A DNA stretch of 64,000 nucleotides, taken from NCBI GenBank assembly GCA_963823275.1, contig CAWGKW010000001.1, positions 220,969 to 284,968 of the forward strand. Reading direction: 5' to 3'. Shown piece by piece: positions 8,277-16,989 of this stretch. Under the pieces are notes generated by a model. The model saw only the letters and a list, made by a program, of their open reading frames with translations. It was not told the origin of the DNA and did no database searches. Position numbers and translations under genes: made by a program. The stretch is from an uncultured Solirubrobacterales bacterium. Lineage in GTDB: Bacteria; Actinomycetota; Thermoleophilia; Solirubrobacterales; 70-9. Within the stretch, counting starts at the first letter, position 1; the number at the start of each line of letters is the position of its first letter.

Positions 8277-9008
8277 GTGTCGTCAACCGATTCCGGTCGT
8301 TGGCGGCCCTACGCCACCAACCTAGTCACCGCCGTCGGACCTCGCACATGGATTGGATTCACCGTGCCCAGACACGAGTTTGAAGCTGCAACGAAGACGT
8401 CCGTCGGAAAGCGACGCGGCGCAAGGCTGGCCGCGATCGCGGTCGGCGCCACCCTCGCCCTCGGGGGAGTCGGAACCGCGATCGCGGCCGGAACTCCCGA
8501 TGCATCCACCGGCCCGGCGGAGCCCACCGTCGACGTTCCCGCCCTCGACCGCGACAGCCAGCTCGAGCGCTCGCTCGGCATCGGCGTCGCCCGCAACGGC
8601 TATCGAGAGCTCTTCGCCGAGGCCAGGCGCCTCGGCGTTGCGCCGGATGTGGATCTCTCCGGCACGGCCGCCGGCCGCGCCGCCCTCGAGAACGGCGCCG
8701 ACGGGATCCGCAAGGAGATCCGCAAGGAGAAGGCCCGCCGGGCCGCCAAGCCGGACTTCGGCACCCCCGAGTCGGTTGGCGTCGCGCAGTCGACCCTGGA
8801 CGCGATCGCGGCCTGCGAGTCAGGCGGCGACCCGACCGTCGTCGATGCCTCCGGTACCTACCGCGGCAAGTATCAGTTCGACCTCGGCACCTGGGCGTCG
8901 GTCGGCGGCAGCGGTGACCCCGCCGCGGCCCCGGAGGCCGAGCAGGACTACCGCGCGGCGCTGCTGATGTCACGTTCCGGCTCGAGCCCCTGGCCCGTCT
9001 GCGGCTGA
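8277..9008 (+). CDS. secreted Rpf-like transglycosylase-domain protein
   Basis: C-terminal AACESGGDPTVVDASGTYRGKYQFDLGTWASVGG...SPWPVCG matches the transglycosylase-like (Rpf) domain pattern. A signal/TM segment RLAAIAVGATLALGGVGTAIAAG is present. The true start may be GTG 8364. Confidence 0.8.
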   Translation: MSSTDSGRWRPYATNLVTAVGPRTWIGFTVPRHEFEAATKTSVGKRRGARLAAIAVGATLALGGVGTAIAAGTPDASTGPAEPTVDVPALDRDSQLERSLGIGVARNGYRELFAEARRLGVAPDVDLSGTAAGRAALENGADGIRKEIRKEKARRAAKPDFGTPESVGVAQSTLDAIAACESGGDPTVVDASGTYRGKYQFDLGTWASVGGSGDPAAAPEAEQDYRAALLMSRSGSSPWPVCG

Positions 9009-9089
9009 GCGCCCCTCGCCGCGAATCGACCCTGATCGACGGTCTGGTCCAGGCACCGCCTCAAGCGCTGGCGCCCAGCCGCCGATTGG

Positions 9090-9827
9090 GTGTCGGTGAG
9101 CTCCGACGCCTCAACCCCCCCGCCACAGGGCGAGGGGTTCGTCGTCGCGCAGGGCATGCGCGACAGCCGCGCCACCTTCGTGCGGTGGCGGGGGGATCCC
9201 AGCGCCGTCCTCGGCCCCTGGTTCGCCGGTGGAATCGGAATTGCGTTCGGCCTGCTTGCCGCAGTCTGGGTCGTCTCGAAGTTCGCACCGGCCGACTCCA
9301 CACCCTTCTACCTGCCGGGACTGCACAGTTCGGCGACCGCAGAGGAGTTCGCAGGAATACTCGGACTCAACCTGCTCGTCCTGGCGCTCCACGCCACGGC
9401 CTGCGTGGCGGGCTTCATCGCCGGCAGCTCGATGCGCCACGTGGCCGAGACGAAGACCGGGTTCTCGCGGGTCGTCCACGAGCGCGCCGGCCCGGTCGCG
9501 ATTGCCTGGGTGGTTGCCGTGACCGCGTTCTCGCTCGTCACCCAGGCGCTCGGGCTGGGGCTGACCGCCGCGACCCTCTCGATGCAGTTCGGGATCAGCA
9601 GCGGCGTTCTGATCCTGACCGTGCTCCCACACGCGCTGCTGGAACTCACCGCGGTCTTCCTGCCGCTCGCCGCCTGGCTGATCGCCTCTCGCAGAGATCA
9701 GTGGGAGGAGCTGCTGGCGGCGACCGTCGCGACGGTCGCCATCGCGTTGCCGATGCTGTTGGTCGCGGCGCTGATCGAGCTCACGGTCTGGCCTCGCCTG
9801 CTCGAGGCCGTCTCGCCGTTCGCCTGA
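9090..9827 (+). CDS. SpoIIM/DUF95-like integral membrane protein
   Basis: Multi-TM 245-aa ORF with PHALLELTAVFLPLAAWL, resembling the conserved PHGxxE motif of the stage II sporulation M family. The start is uncertain (GTG 9090/9096). Confidence 0.6.
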   Translation: MSVSSDASTPPPQGEGFVVAQGMRDSRATFVRWRGDPSAVLGPWFAGGIGIAFGLLAAVWVVSKFAPADSTPFYLPGLHSSATAEEFAGILGLNLLVLALHATACVAGFIAGSSMRHVAETKTGFSRVVHERAGPVAIAWVVAVTAFSLVTQALGLGLTAATLSMQFGISSGVLILTVLPHALLELTAVFLPLAAWLIASRRDQWEELLAATVATVAIALPMLLVAALIELTVWPRLLEAVSPFA

Positions 9828-9849
9828 GCGCAGTGGCAGACTGGCCCCG

Positions 9850-10686
9850 ATGACCGAAGATCGATCAGGGGGAGGCGACGATTCCCCGCCGACGCTGAGC
9901 GAACGGCTCGCGGAGGTTCGCTTCAACGTCCCCACCCGCGGCAACCGCAAGCTCGAGCGGTTCGTCGAGCGGGCCGCCGCCGACCCGCAGGTCCGGGCCT
10001 GGTGGCACCTCCAGCAGGTGGGATCGGAGCGGCTGGGGATGTCGGATCACTCCTGGGTCCACATTCAGATCGTCGCCAACATCGCCCTGCGCATGCTCAG
10101 GCTGGCCTACCGCGCCGGGATCAGCCCCGCGATGGTCACCGATCACGGGATGAGCGACAACGACTCCGAGGTCGTCGTCGCGGCGGGGGCGATGCTCCAC
10201 GACACCGGGATGTCCATCCATCGGGTCGACCACGAGGCCTTCAGCCTGTTCCTCGCCGAACCGAAGCTGCGCCAGTTGCTCGACGGGATCTACGAGGAGC
10301 CCGAGCAGACAGTGGTCGTTTCCGAGGCGCTTCACTGCATCATCGGCCATCGCCGTCGCGGTGAGCCCTACACGCTCGAGGCGGGCGTGGTCAGGGTCGC
10401 CGACGCCCTCGACATGGCCCAGGGACGCTCCCGGCTGCCGGTCGAGCGGGGCGACATCGGCATCCATTCGATCTCCGCTGCGGCCATCGACGACGTCAGG
10501 ATCGAACGCGGGACCGACCGTCCGATCAGAGTCGAGATCAAGATGAACAACTCGGCCGGCATCTTCCAGGTCGACGACCTGCTCGCAACCAAGATCCGCG
10601 GCACTCCGCTCGAGGGTCACATCGAGGTGGTCGCCTCGATCGAGGGGGAGACCGAGAAGCGCCTGATGCGCGAGTTTCGTATCTAG
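9850..10686 (+). CDS. HD-domain phosphohydrolase
   Basis: HSWVHIQ ... MLHDTGMS ... VADALDMAQ motif order, typical of metal-dependent HD hydrolases. Confidence 0.75.
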   Translation: MTEDRSGGGDDSPPTLSERLAEVRFNVPTRGNRKLERFVERAAADPQVRAWWHLQQVGSERLGMSDHSWVHIQIVANIALRMLRLAYRAGISPAMVTDHGMSDNDSEVVVAAGAMLHDTGMSIHRVDHEAFSLFLAEPKLRQLLDGIYEEPEQTVVVSEALHCIIGHRRRGEPYTLEAGVVRVADALDMAQGRSRLPVERGDIGIHSISAAAIDDVRIERGTDRPIRVEIKMNNSAGIFQVDDLLATKIRGTPLEGHIEVVASIEGETEKRLMREFRI

Positions 10687-11474
10687 ACGCCCGCGCCCGC
10701 GCCGCCGCGGCCCTCGCCGCCGGCGAACCGCGCGGCTCCCTTGAGGCCGGTGGCGACCGACTCGATGCCCAGCGCCGCCTCGAACCTCAGGCTCTCCTCG
10801 AGCGGCAGCGTCGATCCCTCGATCGCGGAGCGCCGGTCGGAGAGCATCGTCGGCTGCGGGAAGCGGGCGAGGCCCTCGCCGATCTCGATCGCACGATCGA
10901 GGTGCGCACCCTCGTCGACGACCTCGGTGAGCAGCCCCCAATCGAGCGCCTCATCGGTCTCGATGATCCGTCCCGTGAGGATCAGGTCGAGAGCGCGGCC
11001 CAGGCCGACGATGCGAGGCAGTCGCAATGTCCCGCCGTCGATCAACGGCACGCCCCAGCGGCGCTCGGGGTAGCCGAGGTGCGAGCCGCGCGTGGCGATT
11101 CGCAGGTCACACCAGAGCGCCAGCTCCAGGCCGCCGGCAAGGCACCAGCCGCTGATCGCTGCGATCGTCGGTTTGGTGGTCGTCAGCCGCGTGAAGCCCA
11201 TCGGGCCCTCGGGGCGGCCTGCCACCTGCTCGACGATCTCCTCGGGGACGTCGGGCCCGGCCTCCGCCAGGGCCTTCAGATCGGCGCCCGCGCAGAAGGC
11301 CTGCTCGCCCGCGCCGGTGAGCACCATCACGCGAGCGTCGTCGTCAGCCTCGAATCGCCTCAGGCCCTCCAACAGCTCACCCGCGGTCACCGCATCGACG
11401 GCGTTACGGCGCTCGGGTCTCTCGATGGTCAGGATCGCGGTGCTGCCGCGAACCTCGTAGCTGACCTGCTCCAC
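10683..11474 (-). CDS. enoyl-CoA hydratase/isomerase (crotonase) family
   Basis: 263 aa: TIERPERRNAVD, FCAGADLK, and CLAGGLELALWCDLRIA oxyanion-hole/active-site blocks. Confidence 0.9.
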   Translation of the reverse strand: MEQVSYEVRGSTAILTIERPERRNAVDAVTAGELLEGLRRFEADDDARVMVLTGAGEQAFCAGADLKALAEAGPDVPEEIVEQVAGRPEGPMGFTRLTTTKPTIAAISGWCLAGGLELALWCDLRIATRGSHLGYPERRWGVPLIDGGTLRLPRIVGLGRALDLILTGRIIETDEALDWGLLTEVVDEGAHLDRAIEIGEGLARFPQPTMLSDRRSAIEGSTLPLEESLRFEAALGIESVATGLKGAARFAGGEGRGGAGAGV

Positions 11475-11510
11475 CCGGCAATCGTATGCCGGTCCGGTCG
11501 GCGGGTGTCG

Positions 11511-12161
11511 TCAGCCCGTCCTCTGGCTCTGCCAGCTCTTCAGCTCCGGCAGCGGGTCGATCGCGGTTCCGTAAGGGTCTTTGCCCTGGCGGATCTCGAA
11601 GTGCAGGTGGGCGCCGTCGCAGGAGCCGGTGCAGCCGAGTCGGCCGACCTGCTCGCCGGGCGCCAGCTTCTCTCCGGCCTTGACGGCGGCCGGCTCGAGC
11701 ATGTGCATGTAGACGAAGGTCCGCTTGCTCTCCGGTTCGTACAGCGCCGCCCAGTTGCCGCGGCCTGAGTCGGAGCCGGTCTCGACCACCTCGGTCGTGG
11801 TCGGGGAGATGACGGGCGTGCCCTCCGGGGCGAACATGTCCTGACCCTCATGGGTTCGCATGCCGCCACCGCCGAAGAGGTTGATCTCGGTGCCGTAGTC
11901 GACCTTCGCCTGGACCGGGTTGAACGGGCCTGTGGGCTGGGCGTCCAGCCCGGCCCCGAAGCCCGCGATCAGGGCCGCGATACCTGCGGGTGAATATCCC
12001 TGGACGGGCTGGCGGCCCCCCGCCGACTCGTCGGCCGAGGGTGCGGCGAGCGCCGTGGCGGGGAGTGCGAGCGCCACTGCGACGACGAGGCGCGCGGCGC
12101 CCCCCTGCTTGGAGATTCTGGGTTTCGGAAGGTTCCGCATGGTGAGGGCCCGCGCCTCCAA
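11511..12161 (-). CDS. M23 family metallopeptidase (secreted)
   Basis: HEGQDMF...GNWAALY...GCTGSCDGAHLHFEI (HxxxD and HxH motifs), with an N-terminal signal peptide. An alternative ATG is at 12140. Confidence 0.85.
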   Translation of the reverse strand: MEARALTMRNLPKPRISKQGGAARLVVAVALALPATALAAPSADESAGGRQPVQGYSPAGIAALIAGFGAGLDAQPTGPFNPVQAKVDYGTEINLFGGGGMRTHEGQDMFAPEGTPVISPTTTEVVETGSDSGRGNWAALYEPESKRTFVYMHMLEPAAVKAGEKLAPGEQVGRLGCTGSCDGAHLHFEIRQGKDPYGTAIDPLPELKSWQSQRTG

Positions 12162-12224
12162 CGGAAGGTCGGAGGGACGGGCTTCGCGTGCAACTACCCG
12201 AATCCTTCCAAAGTATTAGCAAAA

Positions 12225-12240
12225 TGTGAGCAAGGTCACA
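12225..12240. promoter_or_regulatory. perfect CRP/FNR-type palindrome TGTGA-GCAAGG-TCACA
   Basis: Read directly in the AT-rich stretch 64-85 nt upstream of the M23 peptidase start. Confidence 0.6.
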
Positions 12241-12306
12241 CAGGCGTGGGAAGGAACACCCAGGCGGGCGAAGGCGGGATCCGACTGGAGCAGGCGGGGC
12301 CGGCTG

Positions 12307-12573
12307 CTACGGGCGGCTGACGCGCTCGAGCTGCTCGCGCATGCGTTCCCTGCGACCCTCGAGCTTCGCCTGAATCAGGGAGAAGACGATGGGAATCAGC
12401 ATGAACAGGGCGATCACACCGAAGCAGAAGAACGTGACGCTCTTGTCGGTGGTCCGCCCGCCGAGGCCGACGCCGTCGGCTGCCATTGCGGCCGGGGCGA
12501 TCACCAGTGCGGCCACCGCAATCGCGGTGAAGGTCGCGGCAATCCGTGAGCGGGTGCGTCGAAGGGCGTGCAC
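12307..12573 (-). CDS. small hypothetical membrane/secreted protein
   Basis: 88 aa with a signal-like N-terminus (AIAVAALVIAPAAMA), one TM segment (FFCFGVIALFMLIPIVFSL) and a charged tail. No SD seen. Confidence 0.45.
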   Translation of the reverse strand: MHALRRTRSRIAATFTAIAVAALVIAPAAMAADGVGLGGRTTDKSVTFFCFGVIALFMLIPIVFSLIQAKLEGRRERMREQLERVSRP

Positions 12574-12642
12574 GGGTCGGAACGATAGCGCCTGGGTCCA
12601 CGTGTTGCGGAGTGCGGGCCCTGCCCAGGGATTCGCCCCGTC

Positions 12643-12770
12643 GGGGGGGGTCGGTCCGGCTGGGGAGGGGAGGACCTGGACTCCAGGTCACCGTTCACCC
12701 CCCTACCGAGGGACCGAGATGAACCCGATTGGCAGCGAACGGCGCGTACAGCGCCGCTATCTGCCAATCG
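12643..12770 (+). repeat. family-2-type module, variant copy A: G-rich leader, CACCGTTCACCC box, 45-nt bipartite hairpin
   Basis: GGGGGGGGTCGG...GGCTGGGGAGGGGAGGA...CACCGTTCACCCCCCTACCGAGGG, then hairpin CGATTGGCAG-cgaac-GGCGC-gtaca-GCGCC-gctat-CTGCCAATCG (12726-12770). The leader is shared with 33683-33739. Confidence 0.7.
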
Positions 12771-12849
12771 TCGGCCTCCGCCGAGCCGGACACCACCTTC
12801 CCGCGCCCAACTACCTGTGCCGAGCGGCAACACCCAACGGTCCGACCAG

Positions 12850-12924
12850 AGCGGACGCGAGCGGAGCATCTGGTCGGGGTTGTCCAAGCGGACGCGAAGC
12901 GGAGCATTCCCTCGGGGTTATCCG
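12850..12924 (+). repeat. tandem direct repeat, 2 units of 37/38 nt (about 80% identical)
   Basis: AGCGGACGCGAGCGGAGCATCTGGTCGGGGTTGTCCA / AGCGGACGCGAAGCGGAGCATTCCCTCGGGGTTATCCG. Confidence 0.8.
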
Positions 12925-12937
12925 TCCCACAACGAAA

Positions 12938-12971
12938 GCGCGCGGCCCAGGGGCAGGAGGAGGCCGCGCGC
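12938..12971. other. strong GC hairpin (10-bp stem GCGCGCGGCC/GGCCGCGCGC, 14-nt loop)
   Basis: Read directly. It is followed by a second hairpin GCACGGG-N8-CCCGTGC (12973-12994). No U-tract. Confidence 0.7.
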
Positions 12972-13050
12972 CGCACGGGGATGCGCTCCCGTGCTGAGGA
13001 TCAGAATTGCCGTTCGCGGGCTGGAGGCGGTGAAGATCCGGCAACGGGCA

Positions 13051-13067
13051 TGTGAAAATCCTGTGAT
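13051..13067 (-). promoter_or_regulatory. PHO-box-like direct repeats (minus-strand reading ATCACA-N5-TTCACA)
   Basis: Plus strand TGTGAAaatccTGTGAT, two hexamers at 11-bp phasing, 50-85 nt upstream of the response regulator start. Confidence 0.45.
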
Positions 13068-13118
13068 CGAGGTCGGAAAACGACGAAATGTGGTCCCGGT
13101 GGGGGTACGATTGAGTTC

Positions 13119-13964
13119 GTGGTCGCGCCCCGCTTCGGGTCGGCCCTGAATATGAGCTCCTCAACGGGAACACTCAGAGTCGCGGTCATCGACCGTGACG
13201 GTGCCTTTCTCAAGGTGCTCGGCAATCGGCTCGACGCCGCCGGCTGGCAGTACCGCGTTCTCGGCGGCCTGGTGCCGGCGGAGGAGCTGGTCGCGATGAA
13301 GATCAACGCGCTGGTCCTCGATATGACCGTTCTGCCGCCCGAGGATGCATGGCCGTTTCTGGAGCGGGTCTGCGGGTTGCTGCCCGGCCTCGGGGTGATC
13401 ATCTGCACCAACGAGTCGACCGTCGCCCAGCGGGTGCGGGGCCTCCGCCTCGGCGCCGATGATTGGGTCTCCAAGCCGTGCCATCCCGAGGAGGTGATGG
13501 CGAGGATCGAGTCGGTCGTCCGCCGCCGCCGCCGCCGCAAGTCCGGCGAGGAGGAACGCGGTCCGCTGGTGGTCGGCGAGCTCGAGATCCGCGCCGACCA
13601 GTACCAGGCGTTCGTCTCCGGTCGCAGCGCCGATCTGACCCGCCGCGAGTTCGAACTTCTCCAGGCCCTATCGGATGCGGCCGGCAGCGTGATCGAGCGC
13701 GGGGAGATATATCGGCGCGTCTGGGGCTACGAGATGGCCCACGGCGATCGGTCCGTCGACGTCTTCATCCGCAAGCTCAGGATCAAGCTCGAGCACCGCT
13801 CACCCGGCTGGTCCTACATCCACACCCACTTCGGGATCGGGTATCGCTTCGACCCCGAGCCGCACGACGCGTCGGCCACAGGCTCGCCCGTCGAACTTGC
13901 TGGATCCGACCCCACGAGCGACCAGGCCGAAGCGCCCGCGCTTCAGCCCGCAATCGACGCCTGA
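13119..13964 (+). CDS. OmpR/PhoB-family response regulator (receiver plus winged-helix), candidate PhoP-like
   Basis: Receiver residues (VIDRDG, LVLDM, IICT, SKP) and a trans_reg_C block (LTRREFELLQAL...DRSVDVFIRKLRIKLE...GIGYRF). The start is GTG 13119 or ATG 13152. No histidine kinase is adjacent. Confidence 0.9.
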   Translation: MVAPRFGSALNMSSSTGTLRVAVIDRDGAFLKVLGNRLDAAGWQYRVLGGLVPAEELVAMKINALVLDMTVLPPEDAWPFLERVCGLLPGLGVIICTNESTVAQRVRGLRLGADDWVSKPCHPEEVMARIESVVRRRRRRKSGEEERGPLVVGELEIRADQYQAFVSGRSADLTRREFELLQALSDAAGSVIERGEIYRRVWGYEMAHGDRSVDVFIRKLRIKLEHRSPGWSYIHTHFGIGYRFDPEPHDASATGSPVELAGSDPTSDQAEAPALQPAIDA

Positions 13965-13993
13965 AGCGCGGAGCTCACGCCTGCTGCCTCGGC

Positions 13994-14033
13994 GTTCACA
14001 TCTTTTTCACACGGCGAGCACAACGCCGTAACA
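13994..14033 (+). promoter_or_regulatory. PHO box: four hexamers at exact 11-bp phasing (TTCACA, TTCACA, AGCACA, GTAACA)
   Basis: Hexamers start at 13995, 14006, 14017 and 14028. The last ends 65 nt upstream of the pstS start. Confidence 0.6.
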
Positions 14034-14097
14034 AGATTGCTGCCCCCCCCTGGGACCCTCCTCTCCATATGTCAAACGAACAAGGAGTCAACCTCTA

Positions 14098-15069
14098 GTG
14101 ACCTCACGCAAGTTCATTGCCTTGAGCGCGAGCGTCGGAATCCTCGCCGTCGGCGTTACCGCCTGCGGTAGCAGCGACGACACGAGCTCAGATTCTTCAA
14201 CGCCTTCCGGCCTTTCCGGGTCGCTCAACATCGACGGCTCGAGCACGGTCGGTCCGCTGACCCAGGCTGTAGCCGAGCAGTTCAACGCCGACAACCCCGA
14301 CGTCGAGATCTCGGTCGGCGAGTCCGGGACCGGTGGCGGCTTCGAGAAGTTCTGCGCCGGCGAGACCGTCATGAACGACGCCTCACGCCCGATCGAGCCC
14401 GAGGAGGAGGCCCTCTGTAAGGACGGTGGGGTCAACTACGAGGAGGTCCAGGTCGCCAATGACGCCCTGACCGTCGTCCTCAACCCCGCCAACCCGGTGA
14501 CCTGTCTGACGGTCGACCAGCTCGCTCAGATTTGGAACCCCGATAACCCCGTCAACAGCTGGTCGGACGTGACCGGCCTGGATGCCAGCTTCGATGCTGA
14601 CATCGAGCGATTCGGCCCCGGCACGGATTCCGGCACCTTCGACTATTTCACCGGTGCGGTGAACGGCGAAGAGGGAGTCCAGACCAAGGACTACAACAAC
14701 GTCGGTGAGGACGACAACCAGACGGTGACCGGCGTCGAGGGTTCCGAGGGTGGGATCGGCTACTTCGGCTACTCCTACTTCACGGAGAACTCGAGCGGCC
14801 TCAAGGCCGCGGAGATCGACGGTGGGGATGGCTGTGTCGCCCCCTCCGAGGAGACCGTTCAGGACGGTACCTACAAGCCGCTCGGACGCGAGCTGTTCAC
14901 GTACGTCAACACGGACATGCTGGCGAGCAACTCCGCCCTCCAGCCGTTCGCCGAGTACTACGTCGACAACGCGATCGACATCGCTCCCCAGGTCTCGTTC
15001 ATCCCGATGACTGAAGAGCAGCAGTCGGCCGCCGCATCGGTGGTCGCAGAGGGCGCTCCGAGCAACTAG
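14098..15069 (+). CDS. pstS: phosphate ABC transporter substrate-binding lipoprotein PstS
   Basis: Lipoprotein signal ([10 protein letters not shown]), an [10 protein letters not shown] phosphate-binding block, and pstCAB context. Confidence 0.9.
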   Translation: MTSRKFIALSASVGILAVGVTACGSSDDTSSDSSTPSGLSGSLNIDGSSTVGPLTQAVAEQFNADNPDVEISVGESGTGGGFEKFCAGETVMNDASRPIEPEEEALCKDGGVNYEEVQVANDALTVVLNPANPVTCLTVDQLAQIWNPDNPVNSWSDVTGLDASFDADIERFGPGTDSGTFDYFTGAVNGEEGVQTKDYNNVGEDDNQTVTGVEGSEGGIGYFGYSYFTENSSGLKAAEIDGGDGCVAPSEETVQDGTYKPLGRELFTYVNTDMLASNSALQPFAEYYVDNAIDIAPQVSFIPMTEEQQSAAASVVAEGAPSN

Positions 15070-15094
15070 CTCGGCGCCCCCTCAAGTAGACGAA

Positions 15095-16054
15095 ATGCAA
15101 GCGAGCGACATCGCGGCCTCCGGCCCGGCGGCTTTCACAAAGCCCCGGCTGGAGGCCACGAGTCATCGCTACGGCGAGAAGTTCGTCATCGGGCTGCTCG
15201 GCGCCTGTGCAATCGTGTCGGTGGTCACGACCACCGCGATTGTGATCTCGCTGTTCGTGCCCACGGTCGAGTTCTTCGGGGACGTCCCGATCAAGGACTT
15301 CCTGTTCGGGACCGACTGGGGCCCGACCTTCACTCCCCCGACCTTCGGCGTGCTGCCGATCGTGGTCGGCACGCTCAGCATCACGTTCTGGTCACTGCTC
15401 TTCGCGATCCCGATCGGGATCGGATCGGCCCTTTACCTGAGCGAGTACGCGAGCCCGCGGGCCCGCAAGTTCTTCAAGCCGATCCTCGAGGTCCTCGCGG
15501 GTGTGCCGACGGTGGCCTTCGGGTTCTTCGCGCTCGTCTTCATCACCCCTCAGCTCCAGAAGATCTGGCCGGGCTTCCTCGGCGACGGCCCTGGGATCTT
15601 CAGTGCGCTCGCCGGCGGCCTCGCGATCGGCCTGCTGATCGTGCCGATCATCGCCACGGTCTCCGAGGACGCGATGAGCGCCGTCCCCAACGGTTTGCGC
15701 GAGGGTGCCTACGCGCTCGGTGCCACGAAGTCCAAGGTCGCGAGCCGGGTGGTGTTTCCGGCGGCCCTTTCGGGCGTGGTCGCGTCCATCGTGCTCGCAT
15801 CCTCCCGCGCGATCGGCGAGACGATGGTCGTGTTGCTCGCCGCGGGTAACACCCCTAACCTGACCTTCAACCCGGTGGAGCCGATCCAGGCGATGACCGC
15901 CTTCATCGCCACCACGGCGACCGGCGACATCGCGACCGGGACGATCACGTATAAGACGGTGTTCGCGGTGGCGATGCTGCTCTTTCTGATGACGCTGCTG
16001 ATGAACATCCTCTCGATCAGGCTGGTTCGCAAGTACCGCGAGGTCTACGAATGA
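15095..16054 (+). CDS. pstC: phosphate ABC transporter permease PstC
   Basis: 319-aa multi-TM ORF with EYA...R..FKPILEVLAGVPTV and ASRAIGETM blocks. Gene order pstS-C-A-B. Confidence 0.9.
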   Translation: MQASDIAASGPAAFTKPRLEATSHRYGEKFVIGLLGACAIVSVVTTTAIVISLFVPTVEFFGDVPIKDFLFGTDWGPTFTPPTFGVLPIVVGTLSITFWSLLFAIPIGIGSALYLSEYASPRARKFFKPILEVLAGVPTVAFGFFALVFITPQLQKIWPGFLGDGPGIFSALAGGLAIGLLIVPIIATVSEDAMSAVPNGLREGAYALGATKSKVASRVVFPAALSGVVASIVLASSRAIGETMVVLLAAGNTPNLTFNPVEPIQAMTAFIATTATGDIATGTITYKTVFAVAMLLFLMTLLMNILSIRLVRKYREVYE

Positions 16055-16989
16055 GCGACGGTTTCGAGCCCAAGACGGCCCGAGCGCAGATCGCGATTGC
16101 CGGGGCCAGGGGAGCGACCGCGGGGGTGCTCAGCGATCAGCCCCGCAAGGACGTGATCCGCAACTCGGTCTTCGCGTCCCTGCTGTTCCTCGCGATCGCT
16201 ATCGCACTCGTGGCCTTGGCGGTTCTGATCGGCGACAATCTGATCAAGGGCTGGCCGCGGCTGAACATGGACCTGCTGACGAACGGCACCTCCTCGATAC
16301 CGGCGAACGCTGGCCTGCACTCGGCGATCATCGGCACCCTCTGGATCATGGCTTTCGTGATCCTCTTCATCATTCCGATTGGGGTCGGCGCAGCGGTCTT
16401 CCTCGAGGAGTACGCCGACAAAGACGGGCGCTTCGCGAGGGTGGTCGAGGTGAACATCCAGAACCTCGCGGCCGTGCCCTCGATCATCTACGGACTCTTG
16501 GGCCTCGCCTTCATCGCTCGCGGGCCGTTGGACCTCGGCTTCACGGTGATCACCGCATCGATCACCCTCGCTCTGCTCGTGCTTCCGGTTGTCATCCTCG
16601 TGGGGCGAGAAGCAATCCGGGCGGTTCCGCCCTCGATCCGGGAGGGTTCTATGGCTCTTGGAGCGACCCGTCTGCAAACCACCCGCAAGCAGATCCTCCC
16701 GGCGGCGATTCCAGGAATCGCAACCGGCGTGATCCTCGCCATCTCACGCGCGATTGGCGAGACGGCCGTGTTGATCCCGCTGGGCGCTGCGACCTTCGTC
16801 ACGTTCGACCCGAGCGGGCCGACGAGCGGTTTCACGGCCATACCCTTGGTGGTCTTCAACTGGGTCAAGCAGCCCCAGCCGGAGTTCCAGGTCCTCGCGG
16901 CCGCTGGGATCATCGTCCTGCTTGCGGTCCTGATCGCGATGAACTCCTTTGCCATCTGGTTGAGGAATCACTATGAACAACGTTGGTAG
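16051..16989 (+). CDS. pstA: phosphate ABC transporter permease PstA
   Basis: 312-aa multi-TM ORF with LEEYA and ISRAIGETA blocks. ATGA overlap with pstC. Confidence 0.9.
   Translation: MSDGFEPKTARAQIAIAGARGATAGVLSDQPRKDVIRNSVFASLLFLAIAIALVALAVLIGDNLIKGWPRLNMDLLTNGTSSIPANAGLHSAIIGTLWIMAFVILFIIPIGVGAAVFLEEYADKDGRFARVVEVNIQNLAAVPSIIYGLLGLAFIARGPLDLGFTVITASITLALLVLPVVILVGREAIRAVPPSIREGSMALGATRLQTTRKQILPAAIPGIATGVILAISRAIGETAVLIPLGAATFVTFDPSGPTSGFTAIPLVVFNWVKQPQPEFQVLAAAGIIVLLAVLIAMNSFAIWLRNHYEQRW

Noticed and set aside
8194-8363. Searched for a second ydaO/c-di-AMP riboswitch upstream of the Rpf-like gene, a common actinobacterial arrangement.
   Set aside because: None of the conserved blocks (GCGGGGGACCCA, GGGGUGAAUCC, AGCUAACC) is present on either strand. 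Only the CRP-type palindrome stands out.
12850-12924. Tandem 37/38-nt repeat considered as a mini CRISPR array.
   Set aside because: There are only two directly abutting units with no spacers, the units are not identical, and no cas genes are present.
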